DNA of 64,000 bases from an uncultured Gemmatimonadaceae bacterium (GCA_964585655.1 CAZPER010000007.1:1262-65261); one strand, 5' to 3'. Positions 31,053 through 43,782 are shown, numbered from the stretch's first letter. The notes: generated by a model from the sequence alone, not told the origin. Made by a program: numbers and translations.

Positions 31053-31080
31053 TGTGGGGGAGTTCCCCCACATTTTTTTT
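31053..31080 (+). terminator. rimP leader attenuator (intrinsic terminator)
   Basis: TGTGGGGG-AGTT-CCCCCACA followed by 8 T, 11 nt before the rimP ATG; position matches the known rimP-leader element. Confidence 0.88.
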
Positions 31081-31091
31081 GGCCTGTCCCC

Positions 31092-31577
31092 ATGGTCGCT
31101 GACCCGCTGCTCCCGGCCGTGCGCCGCCTTGTCGCCGATCTCGGATTCGAGCTCATCGATTTCCGCCGGTCCGGCCCGCCCGCCCGCCCCCTGATCCAGG
31201 TGAGGATGGACCGCCCGGATAGTCGGCCGGGGCACGGAGTGACCGCGGGCGACTGTGCCCGGGCCAGCCGTGCCATCGAAGGCTGGCTGGCGGCGGAGAC
31301 CGGCCTTGGGGACAAGTACCAGCTTCAGGTCTCCTCGCCGGGGATCGAACGGCCGGTGCGGTTTCCCGAGCACTGGCGGCAGCATGTGGGGCGGACGGTC
31401 AAGGTGACGGCCAAGGGGCTGGCGGGGCATCCGCTGGCGGTGATTCTCGCGGTGCCCGACGAGGCCACGGTCCGGCTGGGATTGCCGGACGGCCAGCAGG
31501 TCACCGTGGCGCTGGACGCGGTCAAGGAAGCGTTGCTCATGGAGCAGGAACCGGCGGATGGCCGCCGGAAGCCATAA
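31092..31577 (+). CDS. rimP: Ribosome maturation factor RimP
   Basis: LGFELI, GVTAGDCARASR, YQLQVSSPGIERP. Confidence 0.94.
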   Translation: MVADPLLPAVRRLVADLGFELIDFRRSGPPARPLIQVRMDRPDSRPGHGVTAGDCARASRAIEGWLAAETGLGDKYQLQVSSPGIERPVRFPEHWRQHVGRTVKVTAKGLAGHPLAVILAVPDEATVRLGLPDGQQVTVALDAVKEALLMEQEPADGRRKP

Positions 31578-31592
31578 GGGCAGGAGAGACGG

Positions 31593-32906
31593 ATGTCCGG
31601 TTCTGCGGAAGTCCTGAGCGCCATCAAGGAGCTCACCACCACCAAGCAGCTCGATCGGTCCGAGCTGCTGGACCTGTTGCGCGACGGGATCCACGCGGCG
31701 CTTGCGCGCCGCTACGGCCCCAACGTGCGCTTCGAGCTGGAATTCGACGAGCTGAAGGGCGCCATCAAGGTGGTGCGGCTCCGCCAGGTGGTGGAGGTGG
31801 TGGAAGACGCCAGCGCGCAGGTGGCGCTCGAGGAAGCCCAGTACGAGGACCCCGAGTTCGCCGTGGGGGACATGCTCGAGGAAGAGGTGCCCTTCGCCGA
31901 GTTCGGCCGGCTGGCGGTGCAGGCCGCCAAGCAGCGGATCATCCAGCGGGTCCGCGAGGGCGAGCGCACCCGGATCCGGGACGAGTTCGCCAGCAAGGTC
32001 GGCGAGCTGCTTTCCGGCGAGGTGCAGCAGATCGAGCGCGGCAAGCTGGTGATCATGCTGAACAAGTTCCGCGAGGCCGAGGCGATCATCCCGTACCGGG
32101 AGCAGAATCACCGGGAGAAGTTCCACCAGGGGGACACCATCCGCGCGGTGCTCAAGCGGCTGGAGGAGACCCCGAAGGGCCCCCGGCTGATCCTCTCCCG
32201 CGCCGACCCGCTGTTCGTGAAGGCGCTGTTCAAGCTCGAGGTCCCCGAGATCCAGCAGGCCGTGGTGGAGATCCGCGCCTGGGCCCGCGAGGTGGGGAGC
32301 CGGACCAAGATCGCGGTCATTTCCCGCGACGATGCCATCGACCCGGTGGGCGCCTGCGTGGGGCTCAAGGGCTCGCGGGTGCAGGCGGTCGTGAACGAGC
32401 TGGGCGGCGAGCGGATCGACATCGTGCCCTGGTCGCCGGACCCGGAACGCTTCGCGCGGCTGGCGCTGGCGCCGGCCCGGGTGGCCAAGGTGTTCTCCGA
32501 TCCGGCCTCCAAGACGATCCAGGCGGTGGTGGACGAGGACCAGCTGTCGCTGGCCATCGGCCGCAACGGCCAGAACGTCCGGCTGGCGTCGGAATTGACC
32601 GGGTGGAAGATCGACCTCTACTCCAGCCGCGAGTGGCTGGAGCGGGGCGGTGAGGGCCCCCTGTTCGCCCCGCTGCCGCCGGAGGACGAGGCGGTCATGC
32701 AGCTGCCGCTGACCGAGCTCAAGGGCCTGACGCCGGAGCTGGTCGCCATCCTGAATGGGGCGGGCTTCCAGACGCTCAACGACGTGCTGGACCTGGAGCG
32801 CGAGGACATCGAGAAGATCCCGGGCATGACCGCCGAGCGGAGCGACCAGCTGGTCGCCTTCCTGGCGGAGCTGACCGAGGACGGTGGAGACGAAGCCGCC
32901 GGCTGA
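31593..32906 (+). CDS. nusA: Transcription termination/antitermination factor NusA
   Basis: FGRLAVQAAKQ, S1 domain, LEVPEI, DPVGACVGLKGSRV, QLSLAIGRNGQNVRLA. Confidence 0.98.
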   Translation: MSGSAEVLSAIKELTTTKQLDRSELLDLLRDGIHAALARRYGPNVRFELEFDELKGAIKVVRLRQVVEVVEDASAQVALEEAQYEDPEFAVGDMLEEEVPFAEFGRLAVQAAKQRIIQRVREGERTRIRDEFASKVGELLSGEVQQIERGKLVIMLNKFREAEAIIPYREQNHREKFHQGDTIRAVLKRLEETPKGPRLILSRADPLFVKALFKLEVPEIQQAVVEIRAWAREVGSRTKIAVISRDDAIDPVGACVGLKGSRVQAVVNELGGERIDIVPWSPDPERFARLALAPARVAKVFSDPASKTIQAVVDEDQLSLAIGRNGQNVRLASELTGWKIDLYSSREWLERGGEGPLFAPLPPEDEAVMQLPLTELKGLTPELVAILNGAGFQTLNDVLDLEREDIEKIPGMTAERSDQLVAFLAELTEDGGDEAAG

Positions 32907-33219
32907 GCCGCTCCTGCGGCTGCTGGGCCTCGGGCTCCGGGCCGGGACGGTTGTGCTCGGGGTGGATGGGGTCCGCAGCGCGCTGCAGGCGGGGCGGCTG
33001 TGCGGGGTGGTGGTCGCCGGGGACGCGAGTCCCCGGGCGATGGACAAGGTGGTGCGGCTGGCCCGGGCGAAAGGGATTCCCCTTTTCCCCGGACCCGCCG
33101 CTGAGGTGATCGGGGCGCGGCTGGGACGGCCCGTCATCATGGTCGCCGGCGTGCTGGACCGGGCACTGGCCAGGGGCCTCGCGAATGCGGGGACCGGCGG
33201 CGCCCACAGGGAGGCGTGA
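32884..33219 (+). CDS. L7Ae/L30e family RNA-binding protein (YlxQ-like)
   Basis: LLGLGLRAG.VVLG, VVVAGDAS, IGARLGR; lies between nusA and infB. Confidence 0.88.
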   Translation: METKPPAEPLLRLLGLGLRAGTVVLGVDGVRSALQAGRLCGVVVAGDASPRAMDKVVRLARAKGIPLFPGPAAEVIGARLGRPVIMVAGVLDRALARGLANAGTGGAHREA

Positions 33220-36093
<2,874 letters not shown>

Positions 36094-36106
36094 GGCGGAC
36101 GCAGGC

Positions 36107-36388
36107 ATGCTGGGCGCCATCCAGAGCTGGGACCTGCATCTCGAGGGGTGTCACTCGCTGAAGGACAAGCGGGCCATCCTGCAGTCGCTCAAGGCCGAGC
36201 TCCGCAAGAAGCTCAACGTGGCCGTGGCGGAGGTGGAGCACCAGGACCTGTGGCAGCGGGCGGGGATCGCCTGCGCCACGGTGGGGAGTGACCGGAGGGT
36301 GGTGGACGAGACCCTGCGGGCGGCGGACCGGCTGATCGAAGGGACGGATGGGGTGCGGATCATGGACACCGTGGTGACGGCGCTGTGA
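36107..36388 (+). CDS. DUF503 (YlxP-like) protein
   Basis: HSLKDKR, NVAVAEVEHQDLWQRA; between infB and rbfA. Confidence 0.92.
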   Translation: MLGAIQSWDLHLEGCHSLKDKRAILQSLKAELRKKLNVAVAEVEHQDLWQRAGIACATVGSDRRVVDETLRAADRLIEGTDGVRIMDTVVTAL

Positions 36389-36744
36389 AGCGGAAGAGCC
36401 GCCGCCCCGACCAGGTGGCGGAGACGGTCCGGCAGATCATTGCCGACGCCCTCCTCACCCAGCTGCGCGACCCCCGGATCGGGTTCGTCACCATCACCCA
36501 CGTCGAGGTGACCGGCGATCTCTCCTCCGCCACCGTCCGCTTCAGCGTGATGGGGGAGGAAACCGACCGCGAGGCGGCGCTGGAAGGCCTCACCAGCGCC
36601 GCCGGGTTCCTCCGGAAGCTGGTGGGCCAGGCGCTCGCCACCCGGATCGTGCCGGAGCTGCGCTTCGAGCTGGACCGCGGACTGGAGCATGCGGCACGGA
36701 TCAACCAGATCCTGGGCGAGCTGCGCGAGGAGAAGCGGGACTGA
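36385..36744 (+). CDS. rbfA: Ribosome-binding factor A
   Basis: LRDPRIGFVTITHVEVTGDL, AAGFLR, VPELRFELD. Confidence 0.96.
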   Translation: MKRKSRRPDQVAETVRQIIADALLTQLRDPRIGFVTITHVEVTGDLSSATVRFSVMGEETDREAALEGLTSAAGFLRKLVGQALATRIVPELRFELDRGLEHAARINQILGELREEKRD

Positions 36745-37607
36745 CCGGCGCGCTGCTGCTGGACAAGCCGGCCGGGAGCACCAGCCACGACGTCGTGGCG
36801 CGGGCCCGCCGGGCCCTCGGCACCCGGACGGTGGGCCACACCGGCACCCTGGATCCGTTCGCGACCGGCCTGCTGGTGCTGCTGGTGGGACGAGCGACGC
36901 GGCTGGCGCGGTTCGTGGAGCAGCAGGCCAAGACGTACCTCGCGGTGGCCACGCTGGGCACCGCGACGACGACCGACGATGTGTCCGGGGAGCCGGTGGG
37001 CCGACGGGCCAACGGGCCGGGGGAGCCTGAGCCCGCCCGGGCGGAGGTGGAGTCAGCGCTGGCGGCGTTTCGTGGCGCGCAGCGCCAGCGGCCCTCGACC
37101 TACTCGGCGAAGCACCTGGACGGGGAGCGGGCCTACGCCAGGGCGCGCCGGGGCGAGGTCGTCGAGCTGGCGGAGGTGCCGATCGTGGTGCACGCGCTGG
37201 AACTGGTCCGGTACGCGTATCCCGAGGTCGAATTCCGCGCCACTGTAAGCCCCGGCACCTACGTGCGGGCCCTGGCCCGGGACCTGGGCGAGCGCCTGGG
37301 AACCGGGGCGCACCTGACGGCCCTCCGCCGGGAGGCGATCGGGGGCCTGCGGGTGGAACAGGCGGTGCCGCCGGCCGCGGTGGCGCCGGGATCCCTGCTC
37401 CCGCCGCTCGCGGTGCTGGAGCACCTGGCGCGGATCACGGTGTCGGAGGCGGAGGCCACCGCGTTGGGGTTCGGCAAGGCCGTCCCGCGGCCCGAGGCCG
37501 CCGCGGCCCCGGTGCTGGCGGTCGCGCCGGGAGACCGGCTGGTCGCGGTAGGACGGCTGGAGGGGGGCGCGTTTCATCCCGAGGTGGTGCTGGAGGCGGC
37601 GAGCTGA
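36741..37607 (+). CDS. truB: tRNA pseudouridine(55) synthase; probable CTG start
   Basis: GALLLDKPAGSTSHDVV begins at CTG 36741; VGHTGTLDPFATG, YSAK, GTYVRALARDLG. Confidence 0.95.
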   Translation: MTGALLLDKPAGSTSHDVVARARRALGTRTVGHTGTLDPFATGLLVLLVGRATRLARFVEQQAKTYLAVATLGTATTTDDVSGEPVGRRANGPGEPEPARAEVESALAAFRGAQRQRPSTYSAKHLDGERAYARARRGEVVELAEVPIVVHALELVRYAYPEVEFRATVSPGTYVRALARDLGERLGTGAHLTALRREAIGGLRVEQAVPPAAVAPGSLLPPLAVLEHLARITVSEAEATALGFGKAVPRPEAAAAPVLAVAPGDRLVAVGRLEGGAFHPEVVLEAAS

Positions 37608-38557
37608 TGGCGTTGCTGCCGCCACATCCCGAGGGCACGGTCGTCACCGTCGGCACCTTTGACGGGGTCCACCTGGGCCACCTCGCGGTGCTGGACGAGA
37701 TCACCCGACGGGCCCGGGCGGCCAGCCGGAAGAGTGTGCTGGTCACCTTCGAGCCGCACCCGCTCGCGGTGGTGAATCCCCAGGCCGCGCCGGCCCTGCT
37801 GACCACCGGCCCGGAGCGGCGTGAGGTGCTGGCGTTGACCGGGCTCGACTATGCGGTGTTCCTGCAGTTCAACCGCGCCCTGGCCGACCTGACCCCGGAG
37901 CGGTTTGTGCGCGAGGTGCTGATCGCGCGCTGCGGGATGCGGGAACTGGTCATCGGGCACGATCACGGCTTTGGCCGGGGCCGGAGCGGCGACGTCGAGA
38001 CCCTTCGCCGGCTGGGCGCGAGTGATGGCTTCGCGGTGGATGTGGTCGGGCTGGTGGAGCGGTCGGGGCACGCCGTCTCCAGCACCGCGATCCGCCGGGC
38101 GGTGGCGGGGGGAGACCTGGCGACCGCGCGGCGGCTGCTCGGCCGGCCCTACACGCTGAGCGGCCGGGTGGTGCGGGGCGAAGGCCGGGGCCGGACCCTC
38201 GGCATCCCGACGATCAATGTCGGGGAGTACGACGAGCGGAAGCTGCTGCCGCCCGATGGCGTATATGCCGCCCGGGTGGAATGGGCGGATGGGGCCGCCG
38301 GGGGGATGCTCAACCAGGGCCCCAAACCGACCTTCGGTGAGCTGAAGCGGACGGTGGAGGTCCACCTCTTCGGGGTGGACGCCGACCTCTACGGGCAGTG
38401 GGTGCGGGTGGAATGGGTGGAACGGCTGCGCGACGTCGAGCGGTTCGGCTCGGTCACGGAGCTCAAGGGGCAACTCGAACGGGACCGACTCGGGGCACAG
38501 GACGCGCTCACCCGGCACGGATCTCCGATGGACCAGAGCCGCGCGTCACACGCATAG
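37607..38557 (+). CDS. ribF: Bifunctional riboflavin kinase / FAD synthetase
   Basis: GTFDGVHLGH, TFEPHP, VSSTAIR, GRTLGIPTIN, DGVYA, EVHL. Confidence 0.97.
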   Translation: MALLPPHPEGTVVTVGTFDGVHLGHLAVLDEITRRARAASRKSVLVTFEPHPLAVVNPQAAPALLTTGPERREVLALTGLDYAVFLQFNRALADLTPERFVREVLIARCGMRELVIGHDHGFGRGRSGDVETLRRLGASDGFAVDVVGLVERSGHAVSSTAIRRAVAGGDLATARRLLGRPYTLSGRVVRGEGRGRTLGIPTINVGEYDERKLLPPDGVYAARVEWADGAAGGMLNQGPKPTFGELKRTVEVHLFGVDADLYGQWVRVEWVERLRDVERFGSVTELKGQLERDRLGAQDALTRHGSPMDQSRASHA

Positions 38558-38575
38558 ACAGGCATAGACAGGCAT
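38552..38575 (+). repeat. Tandem 10-bp duplication at the ribF-secD junction
   Basis: GCATAGACAG GCATAGACAG GCAT. Confidence 0.85.
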
Positions 38576-40217
38576 GGTCGTTACCAATCTCCGTACCCGT
38601 ATCGGCATCACCACCGTCATGATCCTGGCGGCGGTCATCGCCCTCATTCCGCGTGACGCCAAGGTCCGGGAGCGCGGGGCCGACGGCCTCATGCGCGACA
38701 CCGTGCTCAAGCAGGTGCCCCTCAAGCTGGGGCTCGACCTCCAGGGCGGGATGCACCTGGGCCTCGAGCTGGACCAGTCCAAGCGGGTCTCGGCCGATCC
38801 GGTCCGCGACATCGACCTGGCCCTCACCGTCCTGCGCAAGCGGATCGACGAGTTCGGCGTCACCGAGCCGCTGATCCAGAAGCAGGGCGACGACCGCATC
38901 GTGGTGGAGCTGGCGGGGATCAACGACCCGGGGCGGGCCAAGTCCATCGTGCAGAAGAGCGCCTTCCTCGAATTCCGGATCACCGATCGGAGCCAGGCGC
39001 TGGACAAGGCGCTGCCCGCGATGGACCGGGCGCTGGCCCGGCCCGGGATCCGGGGGGTTGCGGGGGACCAGGCGGTGGGCAATCCGCTGACCGGCCTGCT
39101 GCAGGCCGACAGCGCGGCGCCGGCGGACAGCGCCCAGCCGGTGCTGGGCGGCGCGCTCTCCACCCTGATCCAGAATGCCTCGAGCGCGGGCTATGAGCTC
39201 GCCCCGGGGGAGTACCTGGTCGAGGATGGCGCGGTGGCGCGGGCGGACAGCCTGCTCAACGTGCCGGATGTGCGGGCGCTCTTCCCCCGGCGCTATGAGT
39301 TCCGCTGGGCCGCCGCCCCGGTGAGCGTGGGGGCCAAGAGCTACCGCTCGCTCTATGTGCTGGAGGACCGCCCGATCGTCACCGGCTCCAACCTGGTGGA
39401 CGCCAAGGAGGAGATCGACCCGCTCACCAGCGGCCCGATCGTCACCTTCGAGCTCGACCGGAAGGGCGCCCGCGAGTTCGGGGAAGGCACCAGCAAGAAT
39501 GTCGGCAACTTCATGGCGATCGTCCTGGATGACCGGGTGCAGGGCCGGCCGCCGGTCATCAACGAGCGGATCGAACGGCGGGGCCAGATCACCATGGCGG
39601 GCAAGTCGTTCCAGGAAGCCCGCGACCTGGCGCTGACGCTGCGCGCCGGCGCCCTCCCGATCCCGCTCAAGGTGGTGGAGGAGCGGCAGGTCGGCGCCAG
39701 CCTCGGGCAGGACTCGATCCGGCAGGGCTTCACCGCCGGCCTCGTGGGCACCGTGATCGTGGTGCTGATCATGATCGGCTACTACCGGATCGCCGGGGTG
39801 CTGGCGGTCTGCGCCCTCGGCATCTACATCCTGCTCACCCTGGGGGGGCTGGCCATGCTGGGCGCCACCCTCACGCTGCCCGGGCTGGCCGGGATCGTGG
39901 TGTCCATCGGACTCGCGGTGGACGCCAACGTGCTGATCTTCGAACGCATCCGGGAGGAGCTGGCGCTGGGCAAGTCGGTGCGGCTCGCGATGGATGAGGG
40001 CTTCCGCCGCGCGATGAACGCGATCGTGGACTCCAACGTCTGCGCCATCGTCACCGCGCTGCTGCTCTACCAGTTCGGCACCGGGCCGGTCAAGGGTTTC
40101 GCGGTGACGCTGACGCTTGGCACTCTGGCCTCGATGGTGACGGCGATCTTCGTCACCCGCACCTTCTTCATGATCTGGCTGCAGCGGCGGCCCAGCATGA
40201 CTACCCTGAGCATCTGA
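38574..40217 (+). CDS. secD: Protein translocase subunit SecD
   Basis: LKLGLDLQGG, RIDEFGVTEP, LRAGALP, TLTLPGLAGI, AVDANVLIFERIREE, DSN, GPVKGFA. Confidence 0.97.
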   Translation: MVVTNLRTRIGITTVMILAAVIALIPRDAKVRERGADGLMRDTVLKQVPLKLGLDLQGGMHLGLELDQSKRVSADPVRDIDLALTVLRKRIDEFGVTEPLIQKQGDDRIVVELAGINDPGRAKSIVQKSAFLEFRITDRSQALDKALPAMDRALARPGIRGVAGDQAVGNPLTGLLQADSAAPADSAQPVLGGALSTLIQNASSAGYELAPGEYLVEDGAVARADSLLNVPDVRALFPRRYEFRWAAAPVSVGAKSYRSLYVLEDRPIVTGSNLVDAKEEIDPLTSGPIVTFELDRKGAREFGEGTSKNVGNFMAIVLDDRVQGRPPVINERIERRGQITMAGKSFQEARDLALTLRAGALPIPLKVVEERQVGASLGQDSIRQGFTAGLVGTVIVVLIMIGYYRIAGVLAVCALGIYILLTLGGLAMLGATLTLPGLAGIVVSIGLAVDANVLIFERIREELALGKSVRLAMDEGFRRAMNAIVDSNVCAIVTALLLYQFGTGPVKGFAVTLTLGTLASMVTAIFVTRTFFMIWLQRRPSMTTLSI

Positions 40218-40219
40218 CC

Positions 40220-41197
40220 ATGCGCCACGTCTTCACCAACACCAACTTCGACTTCGTCGGGGTCCGGAAGTACGCCTACATCTTCACGGCGCTGCTGTTC
40301 ATCCCCGGCCTGATCGTGCTGCTGGTCCGGGGGCTCAACTACAGCATCGAGTTCACCGGCGGCACCCTGGTGCAGGTCGCCAGCACCGTCCCCTTCGACG
40401 TGGGGAAGGTGCGCGGCGTGCTGGACCAGAACGGCGTCTCCGGCGCCGAGATCCAGTCCTTCGGCGCGGCGGGCGAGTACCTGATCCGGGCCCGGCTGAA
40501 TGAGGCCGCCGCCGACGCCGACAACACCTCGGCCACGGTGGCCGCGGTCCGGCAGGCGCTGGACCAGGCGCTGGGAGCGGGGCAGTACCGGCTGCTGCGC
40601 ACCGAGGCGGTGGGCCCCAAGGTGGGTGCCGAGCTGCGGCAGAAGGCCATCACCGCGATCCTGATCGCGTTCGGCGCGATCATGCTGTACCTGGCGAGCC
40701 GGTTCGAGTGGCGCTTCGGGCTGGCCTCGATCGGCGCGACCGCCCACGACGTGCTGGGCACGGTGATCTTCATCAGCGTCATGCACCTGGAAGTGAGCCT
40801 GGTGGTGGTCGGCGCGGTGCTCTCGGTGCTGGGGCTCTCGCTCAACGAAACCATCATCATCTTCGACCGGGTGCGGGAGAACGAGCATCACCGCCGCTAC
40901 CCCGACCTGCGCACCACGCTCAACCGGTCCATCAACGAGACCCTGCCGCGCACCGTGCTGACCCACGGCACGACCCTGGCCACGATGCTGTCGCTGGCGA
41001 TCTTCGGCGGCGAGGTGATCCGGCCGTTCGCGCTGGTGATGTTCTTCGGCGTCTTCACCGGGATCTTCTCCTCGATGTTCATCGCCCCCGCGGTGCTGCT
41101 CTACATCCGGGAGCGCTGGCCCCTCTCCGCCGCGGTCGCCCCGCGCCACCATCGGGCGCCGGCCGGCCGGGGCGCCGCCGCGGGAGCCCGGGAGTAG
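40220..41197 (+). CDS. secF: Protein translocase subunit SecF
   Basis: LNYSIEFTGG, VGPKVG.EL, RFEWRF, HDV, IIIFDRVRE, TLPRT. Confidence 0.96.
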   Translation: MRHVFTNTNFDFVGVRKYAYIFTALLFIPGLIVLLVRGLNYSIEFTGGTLVQVASTVPFDVGKVRGVLDQNGVSGAEIQSFGAAGEYLIRARLNEAAADADNTSATVAAVRQALDQALGAGQYRLLRTEAVGPKVGAELRQKAITAILIAFGAIMLYLASRFEWRFGLASIGATAHDVLGTVIFISVMHLEVSLVVVGAVLSVLGLSLNETIIIFDRVRENEHHRRYPDLRTTLNRSINETLPRTVLTHGTTLATMLSLAIFGGEVIRPFALVMFFGVFTGIFSSMFIAPAVLLYIRERWPLSAAVAPRHHRAPAGRGAAAGARE

Positions 41198-41214
41198 CCT
41201 CCCGGCCGCGGCCG

Positions 41215-41982
41215 GTGCTGATCGACACCCACTGCCACCTCGGCGCCGAGGCCTTCGCGGCCGATGTCGCCGGGGTGCTGGACCGGGCCTGGGCGGCCGG
41301 CGTGGCCCATGTGGTCGTGATCGGGGAGTCTCCCGAGGCGGCTGCGCGGGCCCTTTCGCTGGTGGACACCAACCCGCGGCTCTCCGCCACCGCCGGGCTG
41401 CACCCCCACGAGGCCTCCCGCTGGACCGCCGACTCCGAGGAATGGCTCTCCGGCCTGCTCCGCGACCCGCGGGTGGTGGCCGCCGGGGAGATGGGGCTCG
41501 ATTACCACTACGATCACTCCCCCCGGGGCGTGCAGCGGGAGGTCTTCGACCGGCAGCTGGCCCTGGCCACGGCGGCGGGCAAGCCGGTGGTGATCCACGC
41601 CCGGGAGGCGGATGACGACGTGGCGGCGGTCTTGTCCAACCATTCTGCCGCCACGGTGGTGCTGCACAGCTTCTCCAGCGGCCCGTCCCTCTTGCGGACT
41701 GCACTGGATCGTGGACACTATCTGTCGTTCAGCGGCATGGTCACCTTCAAGAACTGGGGCCGGGACGACCTGCTCCGGGCCATCCCGGCGGACCGGCTGC
41801 TGGTCGAGACCGACGCGCCGTACCTGGCCCCGGTCCCGCACCGGGGCAAGCGCAACGAGCCGGCCTTCGTGCGGCAGACCGCCGAGCAGCTGGCCCGGGT
41901 GCGCGGGGTGAGTCCCGAGCAGCTCATCCAGGAGACCGGCGCCAACGCACGCCAGGTCTTCGGGGCCCGGGTGAGCGCCTGA
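41215..41982 (+). CDS. tatD: TatD family DNase
   Basis: LIDTHCHL, GLHPH, GEMGLDY, IHARE, LHSF, ETDAPYLAP..RGKRNEP; GTG start 41215. Confidence 0.95.
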   Translation: MLIDTHCHLGAEAFAADVAGVLDRAWAAGVAHVVVIGESPEAAARALSLVDTNPRLSATAGLHPHEASRWTADSEEWLSGLLRDPRVVAAGEMGLDYHYDHSPRGVQREVFDRQLALATAAGKPVVIHAREADDDVAAVLSNHSAATVVLHSFSSGPSLLRTALDRGHYLSFSGMVTFKNWGRDDLLRAIPADRLLVETDAPYLAPVPHRGKRNEPAFVRQTAEQLARVRGVSPEQLIQETGANARQVFGARVSA

Positions 41983-42108
41983 CCGCGGTCGGCTTCAGCC
42001 GTCGTTCATGTCTGGCAGAGTACGTTTCCTCCGGATGACCCTTGGCCCAGAGCCGGGGCGTCCGCGCACCCCGTCCCACACCCTTCTCCCAGGGGAAGCC
42101 CGCACGCC

Positions 42109-43782
42109 ATGTCCACGGTTCCTTCAGATATCGAGATTGCCCAGGCGGCCAAGCTCCGCCCCATCGCCGACGTCGCGGCCGAGATCGGCCTCGGCCCCGA
42201 CGAGATCCTCCCCTATGGGCGCTACAAGGCCAAGATCACGCCCGAAGCCATCGCGAAGCGCTCGCCCAAGGGCAGGCTGGTGCTGGTCACCGGCATCAAC
42301 CCCACGCCCGCGGGGGAGGGCAAGTCCACGGTCACCGTGGGGCTGGCCCAGGCGCTCCGGAAGCTGGGCAAGAAGGTGGTCGTGGCCATCCGGGAGCCGT
42401 CGCTCGGCCCGGTGTTCGGGGTGAAGGGCGGGGCGGCGGGCGGCGGGTACGCGCAGATCGTCCCGATGGACGAGATCAACCTGCATTTCACCGGGGATTT
42501 CCACGCCATTACCTCGGCGCACAACCTGCTCTCCGCCATGCTGGACAATCACATCCACCATGGCAACGCGCTCGGGTTCGATACCCGCCGGATCAGCTGG
42601 CCGCGGACCATCGACATGAACGACCGGGCGCTGCGCTCGATCGTCGTCGGCCTGGGCGGAATGAACGGGGGACCGAGCCGCGAGGAGCGGTTCGTGATCG
42701 TCCCGGGCAGCGAGATCATGGCCATCCTCTGCCTGGCCACCGACCTCCCGGACCTGGAGCAGCGGCTCGCCCGGATCATCGTGGGCATCACCCGGGACAA
42801 GAAGCCGATCCGGGCGGGGGATCTCAAGGCCAGCGGCGCCATGACCCTGCTGCTCAAGGACGCCATGCTCCCCAACCTGGTGCAGACCCTGGAGGGGGGC
42901 CCGGCGCTGGTGCACGGGGGGCCGTTCGGCAACATCGCCCATGGCTGCAATTCCATCGTGGCGACCCGGCTGGGGCTTTCCCTCGGGGACATCGTCCTCA
43001 CCGAGGCGGGGTTCGGCGCCGACCTCGGCGCGGAGAAGTTCTTCGACATCAAGTGCCGGTTCGGCGGGCTGAAGCCCGAGGCGGCGGTGGTGGTGGCCAC
43101 GATCCGGGCGCTCAAGATGCATGGCGGGGTGAAGAAGGACAGCCTCTCGGTGCCGGATGTGGCCGCGCTGCAGCGCGGGATGGTGAACCTCGAGGCTCAC
43201 GTCAAGAACGTGCAGAAGTTCGGGGTGCCGGTCATCGTGGCCCTCAACCGGTTCCTGTCGGACTCCAAGGAAGAGCAGGAGGCCGTCATCGAGGCCGCGA
43301 AGACCTGGGGCGCCCGGGCGGCGCTCTCGGATGTGTGGGCCAAGGGCGGCGAGGGGGGCGTGGCGGTGGGGAACGAGGTGCTGGCCGCGCTGGCGGAGGG
43401 GAAGGCCAACTTCAAACCGATCTACGACGCGGCGCTTCCCATCAAGCAGAAGATCGAGACCATCGCCACCCAGATCTACGGCGCGGACGGGGTGACCTTC
43501 TCCCCCGCGGCCGACAAGTCGATCGCCCAGTGCGAGGAGATGGGGCTCGGGGCGACGCCGGTCTGCGTGGCCAAGACCCAGTATTCCTTCAGCGACGACC
43601 CGACCAAGCTCGGGCGGCCGAAGGGCTTCAAGATCAATATCCGTGATGTCACCGCATCGGCCGGCGCCGGGTTCGTCGTGGCGCTCGCGGGCGAGATCAT
43701 GACCATGCCGGGGCTCGCCAAGGTGCCGTCGGCCGAAGCCATCCGGGTCCACCCTGACGGCCGCATCGAGGGGCTGTTCTGA
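42109..43782 (+). CDS. fhs: Formate--tetrahydrofolate ligase
   Basis: INPTPAGEGKST, KGGAAGGGYAQ, INLHFTGDFHA, HGGPFGNIAHGCNS, TEAGFGADLGAEKF, AKTQYSFSDD, IMTMPGL. Confidence 0.98.
   Translation: MSTVPSDIEIAQAAKLRPIADVAAEIGLGPDEILPYGRYKAKITPEAIAKRSPKGRLVLVTGINPTPAGEGKSTVTVGLAQALRKLGKKVVVAIREPSLGPVFGVKGGAAGGGYAQIVPMDEINLHFTGDFHAITSAHNLLSAMLDNHIHHGNALGFDTRRISWPRTIDMNDRALRSIVVGLGGMNGGPSREERFVIVPGSEIMAILCLATDLPDLEQRLARIIVGITRDKKPIRAGDLKASGAMTLLLKDAMLPNLVQTLEGGPALVHGGPFGNIAHGCNSIVATRLGLSLGDIVLTEAGFGADLGAEKFFDIKCRFGGLKPEAAVVVATIRALKMHGGVKKDSLSVPDVAALQRGMVNLEAHVKNVQKFGVPVIVALNRFLSDSKEEQEAVIEAAKTWGARAALSDVWAKGGEGGVAVGNEVLAALAEGKANFKPIYDAALPIKQKIETIATQIYGADGVTFSPAADKSIAQCEEMGLGATPVCVAKTQYSFSDDPTKLGRPKGFKINIRDVTASAGAGFVVALAGEIMTMPGLAKVPSAEAIRVHPDGRIEGLF

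Noticed and set aside
42015-42065. Possible THF or ZTP riboswitch upstream of fhs (GCAGAGTA ... GCGTCCGC resemble THF riboswitch ends)
   Set aside because: Too short and lacks the internal conserved THF segments; no ZTP-type motifs. An Infernal scan would settle it.
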